A stretch of 64,000 nucleotides of DNA from assembly GCA_037441705.1 (NCBI GenBank), contig JBBIRR010000011.1, positions 17,678 through 81,677 of the forward strand. The letters are read 5' to 3'. The DNA is from Ignavibacteriales bacterium. GTDB taxonomy: Bacteria; Bacteroidota; Ignavibacteria; UBA10030; UBA6906. The position numbers were made by a program, and so were the translations under genes. Numbering within the stretch: position 1 is the stretch's first letter; each line of letters starts with the position of its first letter. The notes beneath the pieces were generated by a model. It was not told the DNA's origin, made no database searches, and saw only the letters and a list, made by a program, of their open reading frames with translations. Shown piece by piece: positions 9,513-18,185 of this stretch.

Positions 9513-9588
9513 CGTTTCGTAAAATGCCAACAGGTGTGCACAAACTACCTGCGATAATATACGTACCCTGCGAATGAGTTGAAACCAG

Positions 9589-9617
9589 TTGCACGTCCGC
9601 ACGGCATAAACTATATT
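9589..9617 (+). promoter_or_regulatory. Putative sigma70-type promoter of udk
   Basis: TTGCAC (9589-9594), 17 nt spacer, TATATT (9612-9617). Confidence 0.55.
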
Positions 9618-9643
9618 GGGGTAGTCAGTTTTTCTCTTCTCCT

Positions 9644-10267
9644 ATGTCATCAACGAGTATAGTTGTTGGGATAGCCGGCGGAACAAGTTCGGGAAAGACG
9701 ACGGTAACGCGTCAGATTACTGCATCGCTCGGCGAGTCGAACATCGCCCTTCTGCAGCACGACTCCTACTATAAGGACCTTTCGGCGTTTGGCGGCAAGC
9801 AGCCTCACGAAATCAACTTCGATCATCCTGATGCTTACGACACGGCGCTGCTGATCGAGCATGTGCGCAAGCTGCGCGGTGGTGAGCCGATCCAGCAGCC
9901 GGTGTACAGTTATACGACGTATCGCCGAACGAGCGAGCTGCGGTTGGTAGAACCGAAACGCATCATCATTGTGGAGGGCATTCTGGTGTTTTTCGAGAGA
10001 GAACTCCGCGACCTCATTGATGTGAAAGTTTTCGTTGACACCGATGACGATGAGCGCGTGCTTCGTCGGATTCGACGCGATGTGCTTGAGCGCGGGCGCA
10101 CAATCGAATCCGTTATTGATCAGTACATCAGTACCGTCAAGCCGATGCACTTAGAATTCGTGGAGCCGACCAAGCGCTGGGCAGATGTCATTATTCCCCG
10201 CGGCGGCGAAAACCGCGTCGCCATTGATCTCGTTGTGCGCATGCTCAAGACCCTCGATATGACGTAG
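9644..10267 (+). CDS. udk: Uridine kinase
   Basis: Motifs GIAGGTSSGKTT, HDSYYKD, NFDHPDA, IVEGIL, RDVLERGR and VKPMHLEFVEPTKRWAD. Confidence 0.95.
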   Translation: MSSTSIVVGIAGGTSSGKTTVTRQITASLGESNIALLQHDSYYKDLSAFGGKQPHEINFDHPDAYDTALLIEHVRKLRGGEPIQQPVYSYTTYRRTSELRLVEPKRIIIVEGILVFFERELRDLIDVKVFVDTDDDERVLRRIRRDVLERGRTIESVIDQYISTVKPMHLEFVEPTKRWADVIIPRGGENRVAIDLVVRMLKTLDMT

Positions 10268-10290
10268 CCCTCGGCTGCGGCGTCGAATGG

Positions 10291-10662
10291 TCATTTCATG
10301 GGAAGGGCTTCGCTGATACAGCGAAGGAGGCATCCAACCATCTCGGTCTTGCGCACGAGCTTGGTCGAAGGATGCTCAGCAATATACTGCCTGTAGGATG
10401 ATTCCTCGGAGCCGGTGAGGAAGATAAAAGGTATATCTTTCAGCACGGGATCGCGGCTGACTCGCCTGTGAAGTTCAATGCCGTTCAACGATGGCATCTC
10501 GATATCCGATACGATCAGATCAATGGGATTTTGCAGGAGGGTCGCGAGGGCTTCCTCGCCGCTGTGCGCCGCCAACACCGAGTACTCATGCAGGGCAAGC
10601 AAATCCTTGACCAGCTCCACATAGACCGGATCGTCATCTACCACAAGAATTGTTCTCTGCAT
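10291..10662 (-). CDS. Single-domain response regulator (CheY-like receiver)
   Basis: ILVVDDD, DLIVSDIEMP with intact phospho-Asp, and PFIFLTG. Confidence 0.9.
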   Translation of the reverse strand: MQRTILVVDDDPVYVELVKDLLALHEYSVLAAHSGEEALATLLQNPIDLIVSDIEMPSLNGIELHRRVSRDPVLKDIPFIFLTGSEESSYRQYIAEHPSTKLVRKTEMVGCLLRCISEALPMK

Positions 10663-10859
10663 GGCGGTGGTGATGGTTCAGAAGCTCAACGTTGTGCAGA
10701 AAATAGAAATTGTCGCTGCACGCGTCAACGAAAAAGATTTGCGAGGTCGCAAGCGATGGTGAATCGCGCAGAATTGTTTTTCACTCACTTTTCTCCTATC
10801 ATTAGCAAGTCTTTTTTGGAATGAAAACGTTTTTCATGGGAAATTACATCGGGGGCTAA

Positions 10860-11714
10860 GTGAATCTCTACCAGGCAATCGTCCTTGGTATCGTCCAGGG
10901 ATTGACAGAATTCCTTCCCATCAGCAGCTCGGCGCATCTCACCATCGCCGGCAAGCTCTTCGGACTTATCAGTCCTGCAACAACCGAGTCGTGGACAGCA
11001 TTTATCGCGGTGATTCAGTTGGGGACGCTGATTGCCGTTGTTGCCTACTTCTTCAAGGATTTGCTGCGGATGGCAGTGTCGCTCAAGAATGATTGGACGA
11101 CACACGGTGTGTTGAACGGAGTCAAGCATTACTCGCTTCACTCCCGGCTGGCGCTCTATGTCGTTCTTGGGACTTTGCCTATGGGATTAATCGGACTTGG
11201 GCTGAGCAAAGTCGTTCACAGCATGTTCACGAAGAGCACGATTGTCATTGCCTCCAGCTTGATCGGACTTGCGCTGCTGTTGTGGTTGGCAGAACGCGTG
11301 GCAAGCCACAAACGAACGCTGGATGTTCTCACGTGGTGGGACGCGCTCATTATCGGCACGGCGCAAGCATTGGCGCTCATTCCTGGATCGTCGCGCTCGG
11401 GCACGACGATTACGGCGGGACTCTTTCTGAATTTCTCACGCGAAGCTGCCGCGCGATTTTCGTTCCTCCTGAGTATTCCCGCCATAGGCGCCAGCGGCCT
11501 GTACGAATTGGCGACGGTCCAGAAGGGGATCGGCGACTTAGGAATTTTCAACGTCGTCGCAGCGACGCTCGTTTCTGCCGTGGTCGGATACGCATCCATT
11601 GCCTGGCTGCTTCGTTTTCTTCTGGTCAACACGACGCTCAGTTTTGTCGTGTACCGCATCGCGTTGGGGGTTCTGCTGTTAGTGCTGCTTTCCTCCGGCA
11701 TCATGGAATTCTGA
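10860..11714 (+). CDS. uppP: Undecaprenyl-diphosphate phosphatase (BacA)
   Basis: Motifs GIVQGLTEFLPISSSAH, QALALIPGSSRSGTTI and AARFSFLLSIP. Confidence 0.95.
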   Translation: MNLYQAIVLGIVQGLTEFLPISSSAHLTIAGKLFGLISPATTESWTAFIAVIQLGTLIAVVAYFFKDLLRMAVSLKNDWTTHGVLNGVKHYSLHSRLALYVVLGTLPMGLIGLGLSKVVHSMFTKSTIVIASSLIGLALLLWLAERVASHKRTLDVLTWWDALIIGTAQALALIPGSSRSGTTITAGLFLNFSREAAARFSFLLSIPAIGASGLYELATVQKGIGDLGIFNVVAATLVSAVVGYASIAWLLRFLLVNTTLSFVVYRIALGVLLLVLLSSGIMEF

Positions 11715-11749
11715 CGTGCTGCACGCATGAGTGTCGGAAGGGTTTGGGT

Positions 11750-12265
11750 ATGAGCACGTATTCACCCGTTCGTAAGCTTACCACTATTGCCCTCCTCGCA
11801 GCGGTCGGCATCGCGCTGTTCGTCCTCGAATCCTACATCCCCATGCCGCTGCCGTTTCTGAAAATCGGCCTGGCGAACATCTCCAGCGTCGTTGCGTTGA
11901 TGCTTCTCGGTACCACCAGTATGGTGTCGGTGGTTTTGCTGCGCGTTGTGGTGGGATCGTTGTTCATCGGAACGTTCATGAGTCCGGCTTTCTTGCTTGC
12001 CCTTTCGGCAGGTGTTGCTTCGGCCGTCGGGATGGCTGTCGTTCGCAAGATTTCGGGCAATCTGTTCAGCGTTGTCGGTCTCAGTCTTATCGGCGCGGTG
12101 TCACACAGCATCACGCAGCTTCTCATCGTTCGGTATGTGTATGTGCAAAACGCCTCGGTGCTTCATTTGCTTCCGCTGCTTCTCACCAGCTCGCTTGTCG
12201 GGGGAGTGATCGTGGGTTATCTTTCGCTGCGGCTCCTCAGCGCCCTTCCGGAGGCTGTCCGATAA
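11750..12265 (+). CDS. Gx transporter family membrane protein (EetB-like ECF S-component; often annotated heptaprenyl diphosphate synthase component I)
   Basis: Motifs LESYIPMPLPFLKIGLANI, LLRVVVGSLFIG, SAG and GLSLIGAVSHSITQL; about 5-6 TM segments. Start refined to ATG 11750 inside the longer listed ORF. Confidence 0.85.
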   Translation: MSTYSPVRKLTTIALLAAVGIALFVLESYIPMPLPFLKIGLANISSVVALMLLGTTSMVSVVLLRVVVGSLFIGTFMSPAFLLALSAGVASAVGMAVVRKISGNLFSVVGLSLIGAVSHSITQLLIVRYVYVQNASVLHLLPLLLTSSLVGGVIVGYLSLRLLSALPEAVR

Positions 12266-12636
12266 TGAAACGCTTGACGATGGGTGACGCCGCGCTTCTC
12301 GTTGTGCTTACCGCGTGTACGGTGGGGAGCTTTTTTGCGCGGGATCTGTTCGCTTCCCACGGCTTTACCGTCCTGGTCGAGCTGCGTAACATCACGGTGT
12401 ACAAGGGCAACCTCAGCGAAGAACGCAAAGTCACCGTCCACGCCGCGTACGGCGACGTGCGTATTCAGATTCATGAGGGGAAGGTGGCCGTCGTCCATGC
12501 CGAATGTCCCAACAAAGTCTGCGTGCGTACCGGCTGGCGCGGACTTGCAGGTGAGTCGATCATCTGCGTGCCGAACCGACTCGTGATTAGAATCTTAGGA
12601 GACGGGGCCACTCCGGTCCGAGGGATTACGGGATGA
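12265..12636 (+). CDS. NusG domain II-containing membrane-anchored protein (EetA-like)
   Basis: GD followed by an N-terminal TM; signature CPNKVCVRTGW...GESIICVPNRLVI. TAATG coupling to the upstream gene. Confidence 0.85.
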   Translation: MKRLTMGDAALLVVLTACTVGSFFARDLFASHGFTVLVELRNITVYKGNLSEERKVTVHAAYGDVRIQIHEGKVAVVHAECPNKVCVRTGWRGLAGESIICVPNRLVIRILGDGATPVRGITG

Positions 12637-13655
12637 GGCGACTGGTTCTTGCGGGCATGCTGTTAGCATTGATCGTCCCTTCGTGCAAGAAAAGTGGACT
12701 GCAGCGCATTGCCCGCGAAACCACCGTGATGGATACGTATCTTTCGGTCACTCTCTACGACGCACAGCTCAGCATTGCCGATGGCAACGCCATCATCGAC
12801 TCGGTGTTTGCAGAAGTGAGCCGCGTCGAACAGCTCATGACGGACTATGCCGACACGAGTGAGGTGGGAAAGATCAACGTGTACGCAGGCAGAGACAGTG
12901 TCGCTGTTTCTCCGGAGCTTATCTACGTGCTCAAGGAGGCCCACGAGTTCGCCGAGCAATCGCGGGGAGCCTTCGATGTGACCATTGGGCCGATCGTCCG
13001 GGCGTGGGATTTCCTCGCTCCGGTGCATGAGATTCCGACGAGGGGCCGGCTGCGCTTCCTTCGCCGCTTTGTGAATTTCCGCAACGTGGTCATCGATAGC
13101 CCGAAGGTCTACTTGCGTCAGCGCGGCATGCGTCTGGACTTAGGCGGGATCGCAAAGGGCTACGCTGTCGATCGGTCGGTGGAGATTCTGAAACGGCGCG
13201 GCGTCAAACACGCCATCGTTGATCTCGGCGGCAATCTTGGGGTGTGGTGGGAGGGAACCCATGCGCTCGATTCCGCTGTTGCCGAGATTTTGATCCGCCA
13301 TCCGCGCAAGGAGGGAAAGTTTTTCGGATCGTTTTCTGCCGGCACATCCGGTATATCTACCTCGGGCGACTACCAGCGCTACTTCATCAAGGACGGCGTG
13401 CGCTATCATCACATCATCAATCCCGCAACGGGAACTCCGGCCAACGATGTCGTAAGCGTGACGATCATCGCTCAGGATGCGACAACCGCCGACGCTCTTT
13501 CGACGCTCGTGTTTGTGTTGGGGAGAGAGGAAGGAATGGCCTTTATCAAAAACTCGCCCGGAGTGGAAGGTGTGATTGTTTGGGAGGAAGGTGATTCGCT
13601 CCGATACATCCTCTCTCCCGGTCTGGAAGGGAAATTCGTTCGCTCTAATGATTAG
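12633..13655 (+). CDS. apbE: FAD:protein FMN transferase lipoprotein (ApbE/Ftp/FmnB)
   Basis: Lipobox IVPSC. Motifs MDT, GAFDVTIGP, LDLGGIAKGYAVD, STSGDYQRY, HHIINPATG and ADALST. Confidence 0.95.
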   Translation: MRRLVLAGMLLALIVPSCKKSGLQRIARETTVMDTYLSVTLYDAQLSIADGNAIIDSVFAEVSRVEQLMTDYADTSEVGKINVYAGRDSVAVSPELIYVLKEAHEFAEQSRGAFDVTIGPIVRAWDFLAPVHEIPTRGRLRFLRRFVNFRNVVIDSPKVYLRQRGMRLDLGGIAKGYAVDRSVEILKRRGVKHAIVDLGGNLGVWWEGTHALDSAVAEILIRHPRKEGKFFGSFSAGTSGISTSGDYQRYFIKDGVRYHHIINPATGTPANDVVSVTIIAQDATTADALSTLVFVLGREEGMAFIKNSPGVEGVIVWEEGDSLRYILSPGLEGKFVRSND

Positions 13656-14385
13656 CGTAGATTCGCTTTCGTACCGCTATCCCGGTGCCGATCGGGATGC
13701 CCTTCGGGCCATCTGCTTACAGTTCGCGGAGGGAAGCTTCACAGCCATCATGGGCGCAAACGGATCAGGCAAGAGCACATTGGCTCGATGCCTCAACGGC
13801 CTCCTGCGTCCAACATCGGGCTGCGTACTGGTGGATGGCCGCAATACGGCTGAAGCATCCTCGCTGCCCGCAATCCGCCGGGACGTTGGGCTTGTCTTTC
13901 AAGACCCTAACACACAGATGACATCCCCGACGATCGAACGAGAGCTTGCCTTCGCGCTGCAGAACATTGGCGTGCCTGCGGCGGAGATGCACCAACGCGT
14001 GGAGGAAGAACTCCGCCGGTTGGGACTCACGAGCCGCAGAGGCGATGCTCCTTCCACACTCTCGGGCGGTGAGAAGCAGCGACTTGCCCTCGCTTCGGTA
14101 ATGATGCTGCGCGCGAAATACCTCGTGCTCGACGAGCCGACGACGTTTCTCTCTCCCTCTTCACGACTGCGGCTGATGGAGGATTTGTCTCGCCTGCATC
14201 GTGAGCAGCACGTGGCGATTATTCTCATCACCCAACATCTTCGCGAAGCAAATCACGCGGAGCGCATCGTGGTCCTGGAAAACGGCACCGTTGCCTTCGA
14301 TGATTCGCCTCAAGTGCTTGCCGGACGACGGAATGCGTTGCGCTCGTGGGGGATTGTGATCCCCCGAGAACTTGAGGTGCAATGA
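13648..14385 (+). CDS. ecfA1: ECF transporter ATPase A1
   Basis: Walker A GANGSGKST, VFQDP, signature LSGGEKQR and Walker B LDEP. The H-switch position reads ITQ. Confidence 0.85.
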   Translation: MISVDSLSYRYPGADRDALRAICLQFAEGSFTAIMGANGSGKSTLARCLNGLLRPTSGCVLVDGRNTAEASSLPAIRRDVGLVFQDPNTQMTSPTIERELAFALQNIGVPAAEMHQRVEEELRRLGLTSRRGDAPSTLSGGEKQRLALASVMMLRAKYLVLDEPTTFLSPSSRLRLMEDLSRLHREQHVAIILITQHLREANHAERIVVLENGTVAFDDSPQVLAGRRNALRSWGIVIPRELEVQ

Positions 14386-15074
14386 TGGAGATTGCGCTGC
14401 AAGAAGTCTGCTTCGCCTACCGATCGAAAGCCCTCGGCACGCGTAGCGTGTTCTCGGGCCTCACGACGAGAATTGCCCCGGGAGAAGTTGTGGCTGTCGT
14501 TGGTGAGGAGGGAAGCGGCAAGAGCACGCTGCTGCAGCTCGCAGATGGGTTGCTGCGTCCGGATTCCGGAGTCGTCTTGCTTGCGGGAGAAGATATCTGG
14601 CGGTCACCCAAACGCCTGCATGAACTCCGGAGACGCATCGGCTTTGCATTCCAATTTCCCGAGTCACAGTTTTTCTGTGAGACTGTCCGTGATGAACTGC
14701 TGTACGCGTCGCGTACCTTCGGCGTTGGGCTTCCGTCTGATGATGAGATCAAGGCGTTGCTTTCGGAACTGGGTCTCTCGCGGGAGATTCTTGGGCGATC
14801 TCCGTTCGCGCTGAGCATGGGGGAGGCTCGTCGCGTAGCGCTTGCCAGCGTGTTGCTGCACAAGCCTCAGGTGCTGTTATTCGATGAACCGACAGCCGGA
14901 CTTGATTGCTTTGGTGTTGAGTGTGTCAAGGGCTTGCTCCGGCGGCTGATGCACGAAGGCACGACGATGGTGATAGCTTCGCATGATGAGGAGTTGATTT
15001 CTTCTGTAGCGCACCGCGCCATACATCTGGCCGAGGGCAAGATAGCGAAGGAATTTTCCGGACAGTCAGCCTGA
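14382..15074 (+). CDS. ecfA2: ECF transporter ATPase A2
   Basis: Walker A GEEGSGKST, EcfA2-typical FQFPESQFFCETV and SPFALS, signature LSMGE, DEPTAGLD and ASHD. Confidence 0.85.
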   Translation: MMEIALQEVCFAYRSKALGTRSVFSGLTTRIAPGEVVAVVGEEGSGKSTLLQLADGLLRPDSGVVLLAGEDIWRSPKRLHELRRRIGFAFQFPESQFFCETVRDELLYASRTFGVGLPSDDEIKALLSELGLSREILGRSPFALSMGEARRVALASVLLHKPQVLLFDEPTAGLDCFGVECVKGLLRRLMHEGTTMVIASHDEELISSVAHRAIHLAEGKIAKEFSGQSA

Positions 15075-15080
15075 CTTTTC

Positions 15081-15830
15081 TCACAGCAGTAACACGAGAG
15101 CTATCTCCCCGAGGATGATGAGGAGAGCGATCCAATCCCTTCCCTTCAGGCGCAGCACGCTGTAGTTCGTCCGCTCGAACGACGGGTCGTAACCGCGAGC
15201 TTCCATCGCTTCGGCAAGATGATGGGACGTGCGCACTGCGGAGACGAACAGCGGCAGTGCCGCAGAGAGCGCAAACCGGATCTGCCGGATGAAGTTTGCG
15301 TCGGCATCGGCTCCTCGTGCGAGCTGCGCCCGCTTAATCTGTTGGGCTGATTGGACGAGCATCGGAACGAAGTTGACCGTCAGGCCGACGACAACGATGG
15401 TCGGTCCCAGCATGCGACGAAATGGGGAGAGGAGGCTCTCGATGGCATCCAGAATTTCCGCGGTTCGTGTTGTTTGCATGAAGAGAAAAGAACAGAACAA
15501 AAGGAGAACGAGCCGCGCGGAAAGCATAAGTCCCTGCGTCAGCCCTTCCACAGTTCCGTAATAACCGAATATCTCAACAAACACGTCGCCGCTGAGCGTG
15601 AAGGTGTTCAGGATCGTTACAAACGCGACGAACCACGTCACTCGCAACATCTTGCCGAACAGGGTCCGAAAACTGATGGGGGAAACAACCGTAGCTGCGG
15701 CGACCGCAAGTGCGGCGCCCATGATTGCCTGCAAAGTTGGAACGAACAGCAGTTGGACCGAAAGAAGGATGAGTGCGAAGAGTTTTACCCTCGGATCAAG
15801 GAGTTCGATATGTGAGCGGCGAGCGTGCAT
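15081..15830 (-). CDS. ecfT: ECF transporter transmembrane component T (EcfT/CbiQ, FmnA-like)
   Basis: LDPRVKL at the N-terminus; two coupling-helix motifs AQLARG and AMEARGY. Convergent with ecfA2. Confidence 0.9.
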   Translation of the reverse strand: MHARRSHIELLDPRVKLFALILLSVQLLFVPTLQAIMGAALAVAAATVVSPISFRTLFGKMLRVTWFVAFVTILNTFTLSGDVFVEIFGYYGTVEGLTQGLMLSARLVLLLFCSFLFMQTTRTAEILDAIESLLSPFRRMLGPTIVVVGLTVNFVPMLVQSAQQIKRAQLARGADADANFIRQIRFALSAALPLFVSAVRTSHHLAEAMEARGYDPSFERTNYSVLRLKGRDWIALLIILGEIALVLLL

Positions 15831-15951
15831 GGAACGAGCGCTGTCGTGAACAATGTATAGAAAAAGGTTACGGAATCAACCGGTGGCTGATTGTTGGCCG
15901 CCTACATCGGGGTGACCTCAAACACACGACACACTGTTTGGTTTCAGTATC

Positions 15952-16665
15952 ATGAAGCCGAATCGTCTGCCCACCCGTTTCAGAATATCTCGGAGAACAA
16001 CGTTCATGCATTGGTCCGCCGACGATAGTACACCTTCCGTTGAGAACCCTTACCACAGGGCAAAAGTGGAACATTACATGGCTCGCGCTGAAGACCTTTT
16101 CCGGATGGCTCGCTACAGCGCGGCGAAGAAAACCCTTACCACGGTGTTTCAACTGGATTCGGAGTACAGACCGGCGCGGCAGCTTCTGGCGAGCATCGAG
16201 CAGACGATGAATGCCCTCCTGAGCAATTCCACGTCCTCGGCGTTCGTTCCCAATCATATGCCTCAGGGCCTGCGGCGGAATGAGCTTGTTCTTGTGGTAG
16301 ATCAAGATGAACGCATCCTCAGCACGATGGCCGAGACGCTCCGCAAGTACGGTTTCGGTGCCGTTGGGGCGGCGAGTTTTGAGGAAGCGGTGGAGGCACT
16401 CGCCATCTTTCGTCCACACCTCATCATCTCTGAAGTCAATTTTGAAAATGGCCCCGTGGGATACGATCTGTATCTGTGGGTACGCCACAACGAAGAATTG
16501 AAAGGCATACCTTTCCTCTATCTCGCCACGCGCGTCACACGTGAGATGCTTATCGCCGGTAAGCGCATGGGAGTGGATGAGTTCATCGTCAAGCCGCTCG
16601 ATGAGGAATTGGTGATGGCTTCCGTGATCAACTGCCTCTCCCGCCAGAAGAAAAAGGTGGCGTAG
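15952..16665 (+). CDS. Atypical response regulator (N-terminal TPR-like helix pair plus pseudo-receiver)
   Basis: Receiver fold VLVVDQD...LIISEVNF...PFLYLA...GVDEFIVKP, with Glu at the phospho-Asp position. Alternative start at 16006. Confidence 0.8.
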   Translation: MKPNRLPTRFRISRRTTFMHWSADDSTPSVENPYHRAKVEHYMARAEDLFRMARYSAAKKTLTTVFQLDSEYRPARQLLASIEQTMNALLSNSTSSAFVPNHMPQGLRRNELVLVVDQDERILSTMAETLRKYGFGAVGAASFEEAVEALAIFRPHLIISEVNFENGPVGYDLYLWVRHNEELKGIPFLYLATRVTREMLIAGKRMGVDEFIVKPLDEELVMASVINCLSRQKKKVA

Positions 16666-16742
16666 AGCCTTTCTTCGCATACGCGCCTTAATCTCGCCTG
16701 CATCTCCACGCACGTCTTGCGTGAAGACTGACTCGCGCTTTA

Positions 16743-16771
16743 TTGCTTTTCCCTGCGCCTCTTCGTACCTT
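16743..16771 (+). promoter_or_regulatory. Putative promoter of queE (near-leaderless transcript)
   Basis: TTGCTT, 17 nt spacer, TACCTT ending 5 nt before the start codon; no SD. Confidence 0.4.
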
Positions 16772-16776
16772 TTTGT

Positions 16777-17442
16777 GTGATGATTTCCTCAACACACATA
16801 ACTACGCTGACGGTCAACGAAATTTTCTACAGCATTCAAGGCGAATCTACGTTCGCGGGTCTACCGTGTGTTTTTGTGCGACTGACGTTCTGCAATCTCC
16901 GCTGTGTGTGGTGCGATACGGAATACGCTTTCTACGAAGGCGCACCGATGACGATAGCGGAGATTCTCGACGAGGTTGCACGTTACGGCTGCAATCTTGT
17001 GGAAGTGACGGGTGGAGAACCACTTGCCCAGGCCGGAACGCACGATCTGTTGATGATGCTGTGCGACCGCGGCTACACGGTGTTGCTGGAGACGAGCGGC
17101 AGCATCAGCATTGCTGACGTTGACCCGCGCGTCCGCATCATCATGGACATCAAATGTCCCGGCAGCGGCATGGAGAAGAAGAACCTGTGGGACAACATTC
17201 TCCACCTGAAGCCGACCGACGAGGTGAAGTTTGTTGTAGCAAACAAGGACGATTTTGATTGGGCAGCGGATGTTGTGAGAAAGCATGAGTTGGAGAAACG
17301 ATGCGTCGTGCTGTTCTCGCCCGTCTTTGGCGACGTGCAGCCGATAGACCTCGCACAATGGTTGTTAGCGGAAGGCCTGAACGCACGACTGCAACTGCAA
17401 CTGCACAAGTTCATCTGGGAGCCGGAGACGCGAGGCGTATGA
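16777..17442 (+). CDS. queE: 7-carboxy-7-deazaguanine synthase (radical SAM)
   Basis: Motifs [29 protein letters not shown] and QLHKFIW; adjacent to queC. Confidence 0.92.
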   Translation: MMISSTHITTLTVNEIFYSIQGESTFAGLPCVFVRLTFCNLRCVWCDTEYAFYEGAPMTIAEILDEVARYGCNLVEVTGGEPLAQAGTHDLLMMLCDRGYTVLLETSGSISIADVDPRVRIIMDIKCPGSGMEKKNLWDNILHLKPTDEVKFVVANKDDFDWAADVVRKHELEKRCVVLFSPVFGDVQPIDLAQWLLAEGLNARLQLQLHKFIWEPETRGV

Positions 17443-18128
17443 GTCGTGAGCGGATAGCGGTGGTGTTAGCGAGCGGCGGGATGGATAGTTGCGTCACGAC
17501 CGCCATCGCTGCACAGGAGTACACGCTTGCGCTGCTGCATGTGAATTACGGACAAAAAACCGAACGACGCGAGCTGCAAGCATTCAACGCCGTTGCTGAT
17601 TATTATGCAGTGAACAGACGGCTCGTGGTCTCGATGGAACATCTCGCGAAGATCGGCGGTTCGAGTCTCACCGATGCCTCGATCCCTGTTTCAACGGCGA
17701 ACCTCTCCTCGAAGGAAATTCCCACATCGTACGTGCCGTTTCGCAACGCGAACATGCTCTCGGTGGCAGTGAGTTGGGCGGAAGTTCTCGGCGCATCGGC
17801 GATCTTCATCGGTGCGGTGCAGGAGGACTCCTCGGGGTACCCGGATTGCCGCCGCGAGTTCTACGATGCGTTCGAGAAAGTGATCGAGGTTGGAACGAAG
17901 CCGACAACCTCCATCGAACTCATCACGCCCATTATTCACATGACAAAAATGGAGATCGTACTGCGCGGGGTTGCGCTCGGCGCGCCGCTGCACCTGACGT
18001 GGTCATGCTACCAACGAGAAGATGTTGCATGCGGCATCTGCGATAGCTGCGCGCTGAGGCTGCGCGGGTTTCAGCTGGCGGGTGTTGAGGATCCGATTCC
18101 GTATGCACACCGGCCGATTTATGCGTGA
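17439..18128 (+). CDS. queC: 7-cyano-7-deazaguanine synthase
   Basis: Motifs [24 protein letters not shown] and WSCY...CGICDSC; ATGA overlap with queE. Confidence 0.95.
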   Translation: MSRERIAVVLASGGMDSCVTTAIAAQEYTLALLHVNYGQKTERRELQAFNAVADYYAVNRRLVVSMEHLAKIGGSSLTDASIPVSTANLSSKEIPTSYVPFRNANMLSVAVSWAEVLGASAIFIGAVQEDSSGYPDCRREFYDAFEKVIEVGTKPTTSIELITPIIHMTKMEIVLRGVALGAPLHLTWSCYQREDVACGICDSCALRLRGFQLAGVEDPIPYAHRPIYA

Positions 18129-18185
18129 GAAATCCGCGGGAGAAAAAGTACTCTCATCAACTCTTGAAAGCGAAAAGGAACCGTT

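Noticed and set aside
11093-11749. N-terminal 219 codons of the listed 390-aa ORF
   Set aside because: Out-of-frame overlap with uppP; family similarity begins only at ATG 11750.
16666-16776. preQ1 riboswitch upstream of queE-queC
   Set aside because: No preQ1 stem with an A-rich tail, and the predicted promoter leaves almost no leader.
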